Source: Octopus sinensis (Eukaryota). From it: a stretch of DNA of 64,000 bases. This document shows positions 26,924-40,340 of this stretch, piece after piece. The position numbers and the translations under genes are program-made. Below the pieces are notes generated by a model. That model saw only the letters and a program-made list of their open reading frames with translations. It was not told where the DNA came from and did not search any database. Position 1 is the first letter of the stretch. Every line of letters starts with the position of its first letter. Where the stretch lies: positions 59,210,001 through 59,274,000 of the forward strand of contig NC_043000.1 of NCBI RefSeq assembly GCF_006345805.1. Direction: 5' to 3'.

Positions 26924-27442
26924 TACCGCAAATCTTCGAGTATAATCCGCATTTTCCTCCCCACAAATTTAAAGGTCAAAATCCCTAGTGCGTACTATAT
27001 ACGAGGTTAAAAATGAAAAAATATTTTCTAAGCAATGTCCGAGTCTCTATTTGCTGTCCGGCAATGTTTATTCAGACGCATTTTGTGATGTCAGGCGCGA
27101 AAACACCTTAAGCTAAGCCGAAAGCAATGAAGAATCATCTATAACTTGTAGTAAGCAACATTTATTAAAATAAAAGTATTCAGAACACAGAATGATATGT
27201 AGCAGAAACAATTTGCAAACATATTTACATTCCCATATAACAATTAAGAACATCACCATTATTGTATTACGTATGCGCGGAAGTATTTGTTCGACTAGGT
27301 GCTGCTAGCTTAATTACGCACGACTCAAGTTAGAGAGGGGATGCGTATTATACACAAGGTTTAGGTTTTTCAGAGGTACAACCCCCTAAAAATCCCCTGC
27401 GTATTATACTCAAGGGCGAACTATACTCGAGGATTTACGGTA
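26924..27442. mobile_element. pogo/Tigger-like MITE inserted into a SINE
   Basis: TIR taccgcaaatcttcgagtata / tatactcgaggatttacggta; SINE family B continues on both sides (26795-26923 and 27443-27520). Confidence 0.75.
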
Positions 27443-27528
27443 CCAGTTGAGTACTGGGGTCAATTTAATCGACTAACACCCTCCCCACAAAATTTCAGGC
27501 CTTACACCTATAGCAGAAAAGATGATTT

Positions 27529-28504
27529 GAATCAGTTCACTTTCATCGGCAGATCGAGAAATTAACTTTTTCTAACTAAACTTTCAAACTTCGGACACTG
27601 GTAGAATGTGTTATATAAAACATCGTTGCTGAGAAAAGTTTCTATTTACGAACTTATTTCGTGTTAAAGTTGTCGTATTTCGGTAATTTTAACCAATCAA
27701 TGACGCGCATTCAGCTGAATAAAATTACTGCTGTTTGTCAACGACAACTATCGGCGGTGTATATTTCGTTTGTCATTGTTATTTATGACATATTTCATCT
27801 CAATTACGTTTGTATGAATAAACGAGTGTATCGGAAGCACGTTTACTTCATGAAACCACCATAATCGTTCGTGCATTTCTACTGCTTTTTGGTTTTTTCC
27901 CCCCTGTTTTTCAGCTACTATTTTCGGAAAGACTTCCCCCAACCCATTTTCTCGCAAATTATTGTTTTTTTAATTTTTTTTTCCCCAAAAACACAGCTTT
28001 TAGACACGGAGATTCCGGAAAATTGCCAAAAATCAGAATTTTGAAATTTTTTTGGCTCCCTTATCCCCCCCCCCTCCAATTTCTTCATTTTTCACTTTTT
28101 CCGTAACCCTAACCCTATAACCCCATCCCTAACCCTAACCCTAAAATCCAAACCCTAACCCTAACCCTAAAACCATATCCCTAACCCTAAAACCCTAAAG
28201 CTAAAACCAGTATAAACGCACGAACGATATCATAAATAACAGTGACAAACGAAATATAAACCGCCGATTGTTGTTGTTGAAAAACAACAGCAGTAATTTT
28301 ATTCAGCTGAATTCACGTCATTGATTAGTTGAAATTACCGAAATACAACTTTAACACGAAATAACTTCGTAAATAGAAACTTTTCTCAACAACGCTAAGA
28401 GTAAAGGATGTTTTATATGACACATTCTACCAGTGTCCGAAGTTTGAAAGTGTTTAGTTACAAAAAATTAATTTCTCGATCTGCCGATGAAACTGAAAAG
28501 ATCT
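27529..28504. mobile_element. Palindromic MITE with (CCCTAA)n core, relative of 11171-11803
   Basis: Inverted arms tttcaaacttcggacactggtagaatgtg...; taaccc repeats at 28105-28200. Confidence 0.85.
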
Positions 28505-28599
28505 GATTATTTATATCATTAAAGCGGCAACTGGCAGATTCGAACTAGCTGAGTACTGGGGTCGATATAATCGATTAGCCCCTCCTATTTTACTATTTT

Positions 28600-29060
28600 T
28601 ATAATGTTCTTTATTTCCAGACAATAACCAGTAACACTTAATGCAGCATGAATTATTTCTATTTTTAATTTTCCACAGTATCTTTAGTCTCATGCTGCAA
28701 TATATCTTCTTTGTCACTTCCTGGAATTCTTTGTCTTCTGCTATCAAAAGTTCAAAATTGATATTATTCTTATAATTCAAACTATCTGACATAATGAAAT
28801 TTCTAAATTGTTGCTGGCAGATAATTAATAGGAAGAGCGATTTATTGTTGGTTAATTATATCACAAATGAAGTACTTGCTTGAGAATTGACAATTATAAC
28901 TGACAGGAGTTCATGAAAGTATGTATGCGGTTTGTAGATGATAAATAGCAATTGGAGTCCTAACAGCGGTATCATGATGAAAATAGCTTTCAGAGTTCGT
29001 CTGGAATGAAAAGGAAGAAGAAAAAAAGGTATATCGATTTTGTTTTTAGAATAAAGGCAT
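28600..29060 (-). pseudogene. Decayed L EVE, copy L3 part 1: L N-terminus
   Basis: YFHHDTAVRTPIAIYHL...TPVSY (first part 28950-28985; cf. YPEVHLDSPIV...VPHAY and YPDARLSSPI); in-frame ATG at 29060; upstream of and colinear with 25600-26350. Confidence 0.45.
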
Positions 29061-29211
29061 GGTATGAACTGGAAAGATAGTGAATATCATTAACAACTGC
29101 TTTTTAAACTGTGATGTCTTTGCTCTTCACTTTTATTAAACTTTTTATTATTATTTAGAGTGTGACATCTTTAAGCAGATATCCAATGATGCAGAATGTA
29201 TTCTTTTTTTA

Positions 29212-29665
29212 CGTAGGAGTGGCTGTGTGGTAAGTAGTTTGCTTACGAACCACATGGTTCCAGGTTCAGTCCCACTGTGTGTCACCTTGGGCAAGTGTCT
29301 TCTACTATAGTCTCGGGTCGACCAAAGCCTTGTAAGTGGATTTGGTAGATGGAAACTGAAAGAAGTCCGTCGTATATATGTATATATGTATGTACACACA
29401 CACACACACATACATATATATATGTATGTATGTATGTGTGTATGTGTATATGTTTGTGTATCTGTGTTTGTCCCCACAACATCGCTTGACAACCGATGCT
29501 GGTGTGTTTACGTCCCCGTAACTTAGAGGTTCGGCAAAAGAGACCGATAGAATAAGTACTACGCTTACAAAGAATAAGTCCTGGGGTCGATTTGCTCGAC
29601 TAAAGGCGGTGCTCCAGCTTGGCCACAGTCAAATGACTGAAACAAGTAAAAGAGTAAAAAAGTAA
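29212..29665 (+). mobile_element. Full-length SINE family A
   Basis: A/B boxes and conserved tail. Confidence 0.9.
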
Positions 29666-30447
29666 AGGTACAAGGCCTAAAACTGTTGGGGAGGTTGGGC
29701 AGTCGATTAGATCAAGAACTCAACTGGTACTTAATTTATCGATCCCGAAAGGATGAAAGGCAAAGTCGACCTCGGCGGAATTTGAACTCAGAACGTAGCG
29801 GCAGACAAAATACCTATTTCTTTACTACCCACAAGGGGCTAAACATAGAGGGGACAAACAAGGACAGACAAACGGATTAAGTCGATTATATCGACCCAGT
29901 GCGTAACTGGTACTTATTTAATCGACCCCGAAAGGATGAAAGGCAAAGTCGACCTCGGCGGAATTTGAACTCAGAACGTAACGGCAAACGAAATACGGCT
30001 ACGCATTTCGCCCGGCGTGCTAACGTTTCTTATTTTTTTATTGGCCACAAAGGGATAAACATAGAGGGGACAAACAAGGACAGACAAACAGATTAAGTCG
30101 ATTACGTCGGCCTCCAGTGCGTAACTGGTACTTAGTTTATCGACTCCGAAAGGATGAAAGGTAAAGTCGACCCGCGGGAATTTGAACTCAGAACGTAACG
30201 GCAGACGAAATACCCATTTCTTTACTGCCCACAGGAGGCTAAACACAGAGGGGACAAATAAGGAGAGACAAATGGATTAAATCGATTACATCGGCCCCCA
30301 GTGCGTAACTGGTACTTAATTTATCGACCTCGAAAGGGTGAAAGGCAAAGTCGACCTCGGCGGAATTTGAACTCAGAACGTAGCGGCAGACGAAATACTG
30401 CTAAGCATTTCGCCCGGCGTGCTAACGTTTCTGCCAGCTCGCCGCCC
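29666..30447 (-). mobile_element. SINE family B with four tandem ~180-bp core units
   Basis: Repeated aactggtactta..ttatcgac..cgaaaggatgaaaggcaaagtcgacc...gaactcagaacgt; head ggcggcgagctggcag at 30446. Confidence 0.85.
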
Positions 30448-31539
30448 TATATATTTGACATTATATCGTCAAATATTGTCTTACCGAATACTGCTTGACA
30501 ATACTAAAGAAGCTGTAGGTTGAAAGTTTTTGCTGCAATAGTTTAATCATCACTATGGTTGGATCTGGTCTTCCAGCTTGTCAATTGATACCGTAAGCTG
30601 ATCTATTATTTAATTTGCTTAAACCCCGCTCAATAACTCTAGAACAAAGTGGAGACCAGCGGTAATATCGCCTTTAAATTTCACTGTGGATATTTTGGCG
30701 AGATTGGAATCATACATTAAAGGGTTATTGGCAACAATAGGAACTCCGTATCAGTTTTTAATTATTATTGTATAGTTCAAGCGTCGTCATACTTCTGAAA
30801 TCGCAGTACGTAAAGGACTTGAAGATGTGCATAAAATTGAATGGAAGTTATCTTTTTTTTACATATAATAATAAATCCAAACACGTTTAGTTCTTGCGTA
30901 CGTTTGCATTACCGAATACCATATCGTTGAAAAAAAAAAAGAACTGATAAATTCCTTAAAATCATAGCAGGTGTTATGTTTCGTAAATTTCCGTACCCTA
31001 ATAGAGGACAAAGACTTTTAACAATATCAATGTTATTGACTGAGATACACAAGATGAAACTGAAGATATATTAAAGCTGATGAAGGACTTGTAGTAACAC
31101 CTAGTGGTCAAGCAGGAAAGCAAAACGAAAAAGGGATCTAATGAACATTCTCGAATATTCTAGAAGCTTTCAATTAACTTCCCGATGTCGCGGAAGTCAG
31201 GGACTTCTGGTCCATCCCTTATATTTATATATATATATACATTCCAGATTATCTTTGCGATTTCGGCTGGTTATACTCGAGATTGCTCCAATCTGGCCAG
31301 CCCCAAGGAAAAACTAAGCTAAGAGCATTAGATTCCTTGGAAGAAAGCAGCGAATGTATTCGAAAACAAGGACGGGAAAAAACGGAGAATGTTATACAAA
31401 TGCAAATAATAGGACATAACAACACGTGTCTTTCGACTAAGGACGAATATATATATATATATGTATATATATATGTATATATATATATATGTATATATGT
31501 ATATAATATATATATATTATATATATCATATATATATGC

Positions 31540-31588
<49 letters not shown>

Positions 31589-32293
31589 TACACGCGCGCG
31601 CGCACACACACACATACACACACGCACACACTTATATTAAACAGAGTTATTAGTAAAGGATTATCAATCCGGGCAAAATACTTCATAAGTTCTCTGTTAG
31701 TACGCCAGGCTAACAATATTGTTTAGATTAGTAAAGAACTCAAAGTATTCTTATAGTTCATCATCATGCCATATTTTAAATCTGAGGTTGCTCTCCAGTC
31801 AAACTGGTCTTTACACAGTGATATACAAGATACTATTTACTTGTTTAAGCGTTGTACTGGATAAATTGCGAAAATAACTCAAATAGTTCAAATACTAAGA
31901 AATAAGCATACTCAATTTGATTTATACGAAATAATTTACGAACGTGAATGTGTTATTTCCCTTGGCTATATATAAGGATCCCTTTCAGGGGCGAATGGGT
32001 TATTTCCCTTGGATGTTAAAAATAATATATTAGTTATATGTAGTAGATATAAGAATCCCTTCCAGGGGCCCTGTTATCGATTTTTTCAACAATCTAAGTA
32101 TGTCATCAGTTTTCCAGACATGAGTTCTATTCACGTGTCAAGTTTCATCGAAATCGATAACACGATGTAGGAGGAGTTAGATAACAACGCCACAAACAAA
32201 CACACCCACAGATTTCCACATATGTAGTAGATATGAGACAAGGTGTAAATAATGGTCATTACATATTTTTTCTTTATTGGGGTATATATATAT

Positions 32294-32336
<43 letters not shown>

Positions 32337-32411
32337 ATATACATACCTGCCTACCTACCTACCTACCTACCTACCTACATACATACATACATACATACAT
32401 ACATACATACA

Positions 32412-32447
<36 letters not shown>

Positions 32448-32518
32448 GACACGCACATATTGTCTGCACATAAATGAATGAATAAATAAATAAATGTATA
32501 TACGAACACATAATCAAC

Positions 32519-32571
<53 letters not shown>

Positions 32572-32639
32572 GAACACACAGACACACACAGACACACAGA
32601 CACACACACAAACACAAAGATATACACAGGCATACGTAA

Positions 32640-33350
32640 CATTTTCTACAAGTTAATTGGACAATTAACGTACATAACGTAGAAAGCAAACTCCCCTGTT
32701 CTTTTCCTTCGGCAACACCTTCAGCAAATTCATTTCTCAATCAATATTCTCAGAATATATTGTAGCCGGCAAAGGTCACCTTGCAATTAGCTACTTATAG
32801 AAATAAATTAATTTTCTACTGCTATTCATCACACTTTCAACAGAATTGTTAATATGTACAAGAGCAAGCATAGCTGTGTGGTTAAGCAATACACTTCGCA
32901 ACTGAGTGGTTTCGGGTTCAATGTTACTGCACTATACCTAAGTAAGTATCGTTTACTGTAGTCTCGCTGTTGGCCAATACCTTATATGTAGAATTCATTA
33001 GATGGGAACTGTACGGAAGCCTTTGATATATTAATCAAAGTAAACAGTATAATAGATTCATTTCAGCAGATTTTACCGATCGGTTTCGCATTAGGTATTA
33101 ATAACCGGATATTATATAACAGCACGGTTATATGATAACTATGCATGTATACAGATGGCATGTATGGAAAAAAATCCCTGCCATTTCTGAATAACTGTGC
33201 TGTTGTATTGATGTCTGGTTATCTAATATCCAGTGTAAAACAGATTGATAAAATCGACTGAAATGGATCTATAATAATTGATAATATTGCCACTCTTTTG
33301 ACAAATACACGAGCGTATATTCAATTCTGACTTATGGATTTTTAGACGAC
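32640..33350 (-). pseudogene. Decayed paramyxo-like fusion (F) EVE, copy F1
   Basis: ISVDFINL (~33250), NGRDFFPYMPSV (~33170) and VANCK (32780-32794, cf. VIANCK/VVANC), colinear; SINE remnant at 32866-33025 inside. Confidence 0.4.
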
Positions 33351-34284
33351 TATGTATAAATATGTGTGCGCTCGTGTGCGTGTGTGCGTGCATGCGCGTG
33401 CGTATGTGCGTGCGTGTGTGTGAGAGTAATTTATTGATGTAAAACTGGTGTTGTGCGAAAGCGTGTAACCTAGAAATGTGATAAATTGAGATCGATAAAA
33501 TAAGTATCAAACTGAAATAAATATTAGGGTCAATGTGATCGACTAAAACTCTTAAAATGGTGCCCCAGCATGGCGCAGTGTAATAACTGAAACCCATAAA
33601 ACAGTATATGGATTGAATTTCTGTGACGATTTAGCTGCCTGCAACTATTGTTACTAAGAAAGTATGTTTTTCATTCATAAACCTACATTTTGTTAGTAAA
33701 TTTTATTAGTCATATACAAGATTATGAACATTTGCATGCACAATAGCACTTGCATGTCAAATGGTTAAATGATATATGCTGGCACACACCTAGACTGACA
33801 AGCTGTTTCTTTGCTGATCAAACTGACTTCTAGTCAAGGCGCTCAAGTCATGATCATTCCATCTTTTATTTTAGGAAGTAGTGGCGTAGCTTGAGCGTGT
33901 TGTTCTAGACAGCCCTTGAAATTAATTAACGAGTTTCTGGTAATAAAATATTCGATCTGGGTTACTGCCATTCAAAACGGCTTATTTAAGTTACCATATG
34001 TAGCGTTTTGAAAAACACTTAGTACATAAGCAAGCAGATAATACGCAGTAGTAGCATGTATGTAATTCTTTTTTTTTTACATTAAAATACCGATCGATTT
34101 TACCTATGTTATAAATACTTATACTTTTTCTTAAATCGATCCCATAGAAATGAAAAGTGAAGTCAAGGGCGGCGGAAGATTTAGATTTAGAATGTAAAGG
34201 GACATAACTAAATACAATAAAGCCTTTTGCTCAGCGCCTTCCTGACTTTGCTCTCAAACTGTCATGAAGTAAGAAAGTAATAAC

Positions 34285-34425
34285 GGTTTCAAATTTTGGC
34301 ACAAGGCCAGCAATTTCGGGGGAGGTGACAAGTCGATTACATCGATCCCAGCACTCAACTGGTACTTATTTTATCGACCCCGATAGGATGAAAAGCAAAG
34401 TCGGCCTTGGCGGAATTAGATAAGA
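34285..34425 (-). mobile_element. SINE family B fragment
   Basis: ttttggcacaaggccagcaatttc...aaagtcggccttggcggaa. Confidence 0.75.
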
Positions 34426-34499
34426 ATGTAAGAATGAAAATATTAACCTGCTAAAATATAAATTTTGTGATGTACAAATTAAAAAAAACAAAAAAACTC

Positions 34500-35500
34500 A
34501 AGAGATGTACGGGTGTAGGCATAAAAGTTACAATTTACTGAACTTACCTATAATCATGAGGTTCATTTGGATGAGCTTGCAGTTGGTTAAATAGTACTAC
34601 CAGTATGTAGATTAAGAAGAGGACGTTTCCCTAAAATAGAACAACATTAGCTAATTGTAAACATGAAGAGATGAATTCATCTAATCTAACTTCACATACT
34701 GACATTCTTCTACGATTTCTTGGTGTATAAATATTTCTTTAAAGTATGTATAATCGAGTGTCTCGATTTAATTTACTTGTGTATATTTTCAGTGTTGGAC
34801 GGATGAAAGACTTCTACTTGAGTTAACTCAGAATACTCGATGCCACTTTTGATACAGTAAAGCATCTACATTAGTTATTACATATAATTTTTTTGTGTTT
34901 GAAATCAAATACGAATTTCTATCTGAATATTTTCCCGAAAATAATGAGGGAATAATTTATTACTAAAAAAAAAAAGTTTCGATGAACCTAAAGACATCCA
35001 AAAATAGTATGACTATCAGCCAAAAGGTTCGTGGATTTCGTACTGTGTCATTAGTTCCAAATGGCTCTGTCTACCAATCTGTTCACGACAGAAACGACTC
35101 ACAGTAAGAGTTTAATTCCTGCTGTGAGTATAACTCAGAAAGTTCTGAGGCCGACCAAGTTGACTTGCTGTAGACGCATTACATGAAGATAGATTTTCAA
35201 TGATAAGCATACGTCTCAATAATCTTTTGGATTGCGAAGGCAATAAAACCATAAAATAGGCCTTAACCATGATATAGGCGGCACTTTTTCTTCGCTCCAC
35301 TTCATATAAGGAGTCTTGTGCATTATGTAATTATGATAAAAAGTTGACAACAATAAAAATATTTAAAAATACTTTACCTTTGTAAACGGTTTAGACGTAA
35401 AATTAGAAAAGCTCTGGAGTTGATTGGTATTTTGCTGGTATACAAAACCTTCAACCTCCAACACACAGTTTTGACCTTCTCACCCAATCTTCAAATAAAA
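34500..35500 (-). pseudogene. Decayed paramyxo-like matrix (M) EVE, copy M2
   Basis: VLEVEGFVYQ (cf. FITTYGFIFQ); RRKSAAYIMVKAYFMV...SSCNAS (ORF 35112-35300, cf. NDV KKSATNTERMVFSV...SSVNAV); YCESFLS*T (cf. YKVNFVSLT). Confidence 0.5.
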
Positions 35501-36099
35501 ATATCTAACTATGTGTGATAACAGTTATGTTTTCAAATTTGTTATAGAAGATGCCATTTTATCACAATCTTGTGAATCATTTAAGCTTTTTTTTAAAGTA
35601 ATTAACGACGCCAGTTTGGCTGCTAGAAATAAAAGCAGACTAAAAATAATTCAATAAAGATTTTAGCGGTAGATGTCTAAATTAAAATAGCCTCATTCTC
35701 AAGATGTACAACAATTTTGCATTCCTCGCTTTGATCCTTGTAATATTTCCAAAGCAAATTTACATTTACAATTATGTCAGTACTCATTATTCATGAATTT
35801 TTATCATATAAGAAAGTGAAGCATAATCACTAATTGAGAAACTAAATTGACTTCAGTGGTGTAATTAGAGTGCGTACCGCCTGGGGCAGCCCTTGAGTTT
35901 GACACCAATCAGGGCCCCTAAGCCTATACAGTTTTATGCAACAGTCTCTAAAGGGTCGTCCCCCCAAATCGTCGTCTGGGGCTGACAGCTCCTCCCCATC
36001 CCCAGCAACTCTATAGAGAGACTAGAAACGTGAGAATGAAGACATTGTCTGTACTTGAAACAAAGCTTAAACGTAAAAATTAAGAATCTTTACAGCACA

Positions 36100-37620
36100 A
36101 GAAGATAATAAGCAATAACACAAGGGTGGTTTTATCATAGAAAATAATCCCCACTAACGTTTCTCATCAGGTAAGAGGTGAGCGCTGATGCGTAACCGCC
36201 ATCAAGTTAGTACAGAATGCTTTAGATGATGATTTCGCTTCACTGCACTTCTTATTGATTATTTCCTTTTAAGATCATCGACAAAATAAAACAGACTCTA
36301 AAACGTGTCTTAAAATCTCGATGGACAATTTGACAATAATTTAATCATAATCGTTGTCTGGATAAACTTTCTGTTAGCTTTAATCAAATTTCGTCCGATT
36401 TGCATCCTCAGGACTAATTTATGCTCTCACGGGGCCGAAATCAGCCCTGTTGTGAAATCTTGGTGTAGGAAGTCCCTTCTTAGCTTGCATAGTGGGGTAT
36501 TTATTTAAACTAGGTGATGGCCAAAGCACCACTATCATATATTTGTTTCAAAAGTTGTACCATCCTATCCCACCAAAGTATAACCTACTACCTTTCTCTG
36601 TAAGAATGGCAAAAAAAGAAAATATCTTATTTTGTGTTCGTTAGCAACTATAGCTATACTTCCACGGATCTACAACTTCAGATGAAGAAAGCTTATATGA
36701 AATCAGCAACAAATGTTGCAAGTTGAGCTGCTTCGTTTTCAATGCTGTTTTATATTAACAAACAACTAAAGTACAGAGTGTTTAGGATATTGATAAGATA
36801 GGGAGGATCTGGAGTAGTGTGAAGACGTTAATTTAAGCAAGGCCCTTAATAGAATATTTTCTGTATATCACATGCCACTAGAAAGAAATCTGTTAGTAGG
36901 TGAGGCAGGCCGAATCTTATCTCAATTTTCACGTAATTAAGTAGATGAAAGAGCTCTCGTTTTCTGGAGAGAAGTATAATTCTTTGGCATCTTTGCTACT
37001 ATAATTCATATTGAAGTTATTTTCGAATAGAATTTTGTTTAAGACTACATCTAGAAAATAACACACAGTGAGTGTAATCTCAATGAGTTACACCACTAAC
37101 ACCACCACACCACCACCACCACCACCACCACCACCGCCACCGCCACCACCATCATCACCGCAACCGCCAACAACAACGACAACAACACCATCACCCACAA
37201 CAACAACACAAAACATCAGTAGCCTCATGTCGACATCAAGTTACTTACAACAAGGCATAGTAGATTCGGAGTATATAGAATCCATTCGTACCCGTCGGTG
37301 TTATTCATCCAGCATCTGCTCAAATTGAAAGTGTGGAGTAAAAATAATAAATGGATATTAAATTGTGATATTCGTATGTATGTATGTATGTATGTATGTA
37401 TGTATGTATGTATGTATGTATGTATGTATACATTTATGTTTAAATTAAGTTCTTGAGAGAGTTCAAGCCAGTCGCTAACAAAGCGGCAAAGCTTTTTGAG
37501 TTAAGAGCGTTGAATTATTAAGATCGGCAAGAACTAACGCAGTAAATATTTGAGCTAAACTAGATTTCAAAGGCTTTCCGTAGGATTCCAACTGAGTTTA
37601 TTGAGATTTTCTAGAAACTG
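36100..37620 (+). pseudogene. Decayed paramyxo-like nucleoprotein (N) EVE, copy N2
   Basis: CLKISM (cf. CLRIAV); INFLLALIKFRP (cf. ISILSLFVESP); KSATNVAS*AAS...INKQLKYRV (36700, cf. KAVTAPDTAADS...IKYTQQRRV); VGEAG (cf. IVEAG); FSGEKYNSLASL (36960, cf. FAGELSTLESL); LENNTQ (37051, cf. LENSIQ). (CCA)n tract inserted. Confidence 0.65.
37095..37210. repeat. (CCA)n/(CAA)n trinucleotide tract
   Basis: Direct reading. Confidence 0.9.
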
Positions 37621-37979
37621 TAATCACAATCGCAGAAACAGGTGTGGCCTTTAAAAAAATTTTTCTTAACATACACGGCTACTTTTCATAAAATGGACCG
37701 AGATCCTCGATCTAATCGACTCTGTATTTCATTACTATATTTTTTATTGGTATTAGAAGTATGAAAGTAAAATTGAGCTTCAGATAGTTACGAAAACAGA
37801 AGTAAAGAAATCAGGGCAAGAAACTAAAATAGTTAATCCATGCGCTGCTATTTGTGACGCCTTATACACTTGAGTAAAAAAATTAAAACATTGAATTATA
37901 TCATGACTAAAGAAAATATATAATACCTTTCGTTATACAATGTTCCCCGGACTATTGCGTAAATTAAATTCGGAACCAA

Positions 37980-38950
37980 AGGAAAACCTACAAAAGAAAT
38001 AAATAAATAAAACCTTGAACATTTTCATTGGTTAACCTTAAAAACAAGTGCAATGTTAATAGCTGATTAGGTGAAACAAGGACCACTAGCTGAGACCTGG
38101 AACGGTTGAGAACCTGTATTTTGGCTGGACGGACAACTAATGCCTGAAAGAAATTATAGATGGCTAAGTCGGATATTTCATTGATCGCTGGACTATTCAA
38201 CTAGGAGACTTGAGATCACGTGCAAAGTCCATTCATTTTAATTTAAATTTCAGTGTAGTCATTAGCGAGTAATTTTGTGAGTAATTCCTAGAGAATTTCG
38301 TTTATGTTAATTCACCCTAACTTTGAAAGAAACACGTGTTGGTATTTGAATTAATTCTAAACATCGTTCTCATCCCCAAATATTGAATAACTTTGTGCTC
38401 ATATTTGTATTGCATAATTATGATTAGCAGTTTGATTCAAGTTTCTAATAACCTTTGATGCTTTAATTAGGGATCCATCTATATACATATGTGTATTGAT
38501 ATTCAGCGAAAATATATAGATTTCGTGCACCTTGATTTGGGTTTTGAACAGATTTTGACTGTTCCACACCTATCCAAATATGTTGTTGAGTGAGTGAGTG
38601 TGCGTGTGTATATGTGTGTTAGAGTGTGTTTGTTATTTAATACTTAATGTTTACGTTGAGCCTAACATGAACTGTACAATAAATGTACATTATGGTGAAC
38701 TGGTCTTCGCACCGTGCAGCCGAAAGAATCCAAAAATCCATTGAAAAGGTGTATTAAAATGAATTCTTAATTATGATATTAATAACTAAATGACATAAGG
38801 ATCAAATACTATATAAATATAACACGATTTCTGCTTTAAATATGAACTATTCATATTTAACATTTTTCATCAATTTCTTTGAAGGAAAACAGGAAACACG
38901 GACTATTCATTTCCCAAGTGATTTGTGTGTAGAAGGAAGTTGCTCCATTT
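37980..38950 (+). pseudogene. Possible decayed matrix (M) EVE, copy M3
   Basis: SNS*RISFML...CW (cf. EKIVF...PW); VLIFSENI*ISCTL (cf. MLEF...FNL); TINVHYGEL (38676, cf. TFMVHIGNF). Lies between N2 and F2. Confidence 0.35.
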
Positions 38951-39152
38951 GTGAGAAACAAAATTGTACTTAATTGCACTAAGTGCTGTAAAGAAAATAC
39001 CAAAAAAAAAAAAAATTCATTTCATTGGTTTATTTCCTTATTTGAGCAAAATTCACTATAGAAATATATTAGTTAGTTATTACGTTATTAAGGGTGAGAA
39101 GTCTGTATACATGTGTATGTGTACACGTGAATATAAAAGCGTAGATGTGCGT

Positions 39153-39307
39153 AGGTGCAGGCGTGGCTGTGTGGTAAGAAGCTTGCTTCCTAACCACATG
39201 GCTCCAGGTTCAGTCCCATTTAGGTAAGTGTTTTGTACTATGGCCTCGGGCCGACCAAAGCCTTGTGAGTTGATTTGGTCGACGGAAACTTGAAGAAGCC
39301 TGTCGTT
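39153..39307 (+). mobile_element. SINE family A head
   Basis: A/B boxes as at 7792. Confidence 0.85.
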
Positions 39308-39522
39308 TATATATATAGCAAATAAGAAAATGGAGGAGAACAATAGGTGGTTCATCAACTTTTGGACATTAAAATGTTAACTTATTTATTTATTAAACTG
39401 ATAATTATAATAACATACATATAGCATATTATTCTTTACATATAAAATATAAGATATAAAATATAGTAATATATAAGGATACCAGTAATTATTATAAAAA
39501 ACATGAATATAGATTGGTAAAA

Positions 39523-39641
39523 TAACTTACAGCTGTTTCAGCCAATAGATAAAAATACCTCATTCTACCTATATTACTCAAGTGGATTGAGGTAGATGAG
39601 CATGAGGTACTTGTATATATCTCTAGGCTTCGTCAGAGATT
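39523..39641 (-). ncRNA. Type I hammerhead ribozyme with long stem II
   Basis: Minus strand: aatct CTGACGA agcc...ggct GAAA cagctg TA agtt; palindromic stem III. Confidence 0.7.
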
Positions 39642-40091
39642 ATAAAGTACAAATGTTAAGTTATAATAATAAATATAAATATAAAATAAACAAAATACAC
39701 ATATTTTGAATATATATATATATATATTTTTTTCTAGTTTCAGCTCAGAGCTGCGGCCATGCTGATGCACATATATATACATACATATATAGTTATACAT
39801 AACTACTTATATATACTGAAATATACATACACATCTACACCCATAAGCATATATAATATTCAGTTATTACTTATATTATTATTATCATAAATATTAGATG
39901 TATTCTGTTATTCACAATAGATAGTATATAAAATATAGATTATAATATAATATATAAACAGATATTTATGAAAGTTATAAGGATATTAATTTTATAATCA
40001 ATATATCAATATATCATACAGTTATATCAAAATTATTCTGCATACACATGAGTAACGCATATATGCATATGTACACATACATATACGCGCA

Positions 40092-40146
<55 letters not shown>

Positions 40147-40264
40147 TATTTTTTCCATTTAAACATACTAATATGAACATACGTATTATATATTTTTGAA
40201 TGTAAGATAATTCTCAGACTAAGAGAGAAACGTGGTAAACTTTCTTCTCTGTTGTTTATATATA

Positions 40265-40337
<73 letters not shown>

Positions 40338-40340
<3 letters not shown>

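Noticed and set aside
28105-28200. True telomere or chromosome-fusion site
   Set aside because: Degenerate, short and internal to a MITE.
31249-32740. ORFs rich in YIYI, CVCV or HTHT (also at 8.3-8.9, 40.0, 56.3-59.2 and 61.7-62.0 kb)
   Set aside because: Translations of (TA)n, (TG)n and (TACA)n microsatellites.
37068-37328. Proline/threonine-rich 86-aa ORF
   Set aside because: Produced by a (CCA)n/(CAA)n tract; not a host gene, although the flanks belong to the N-like remnant.
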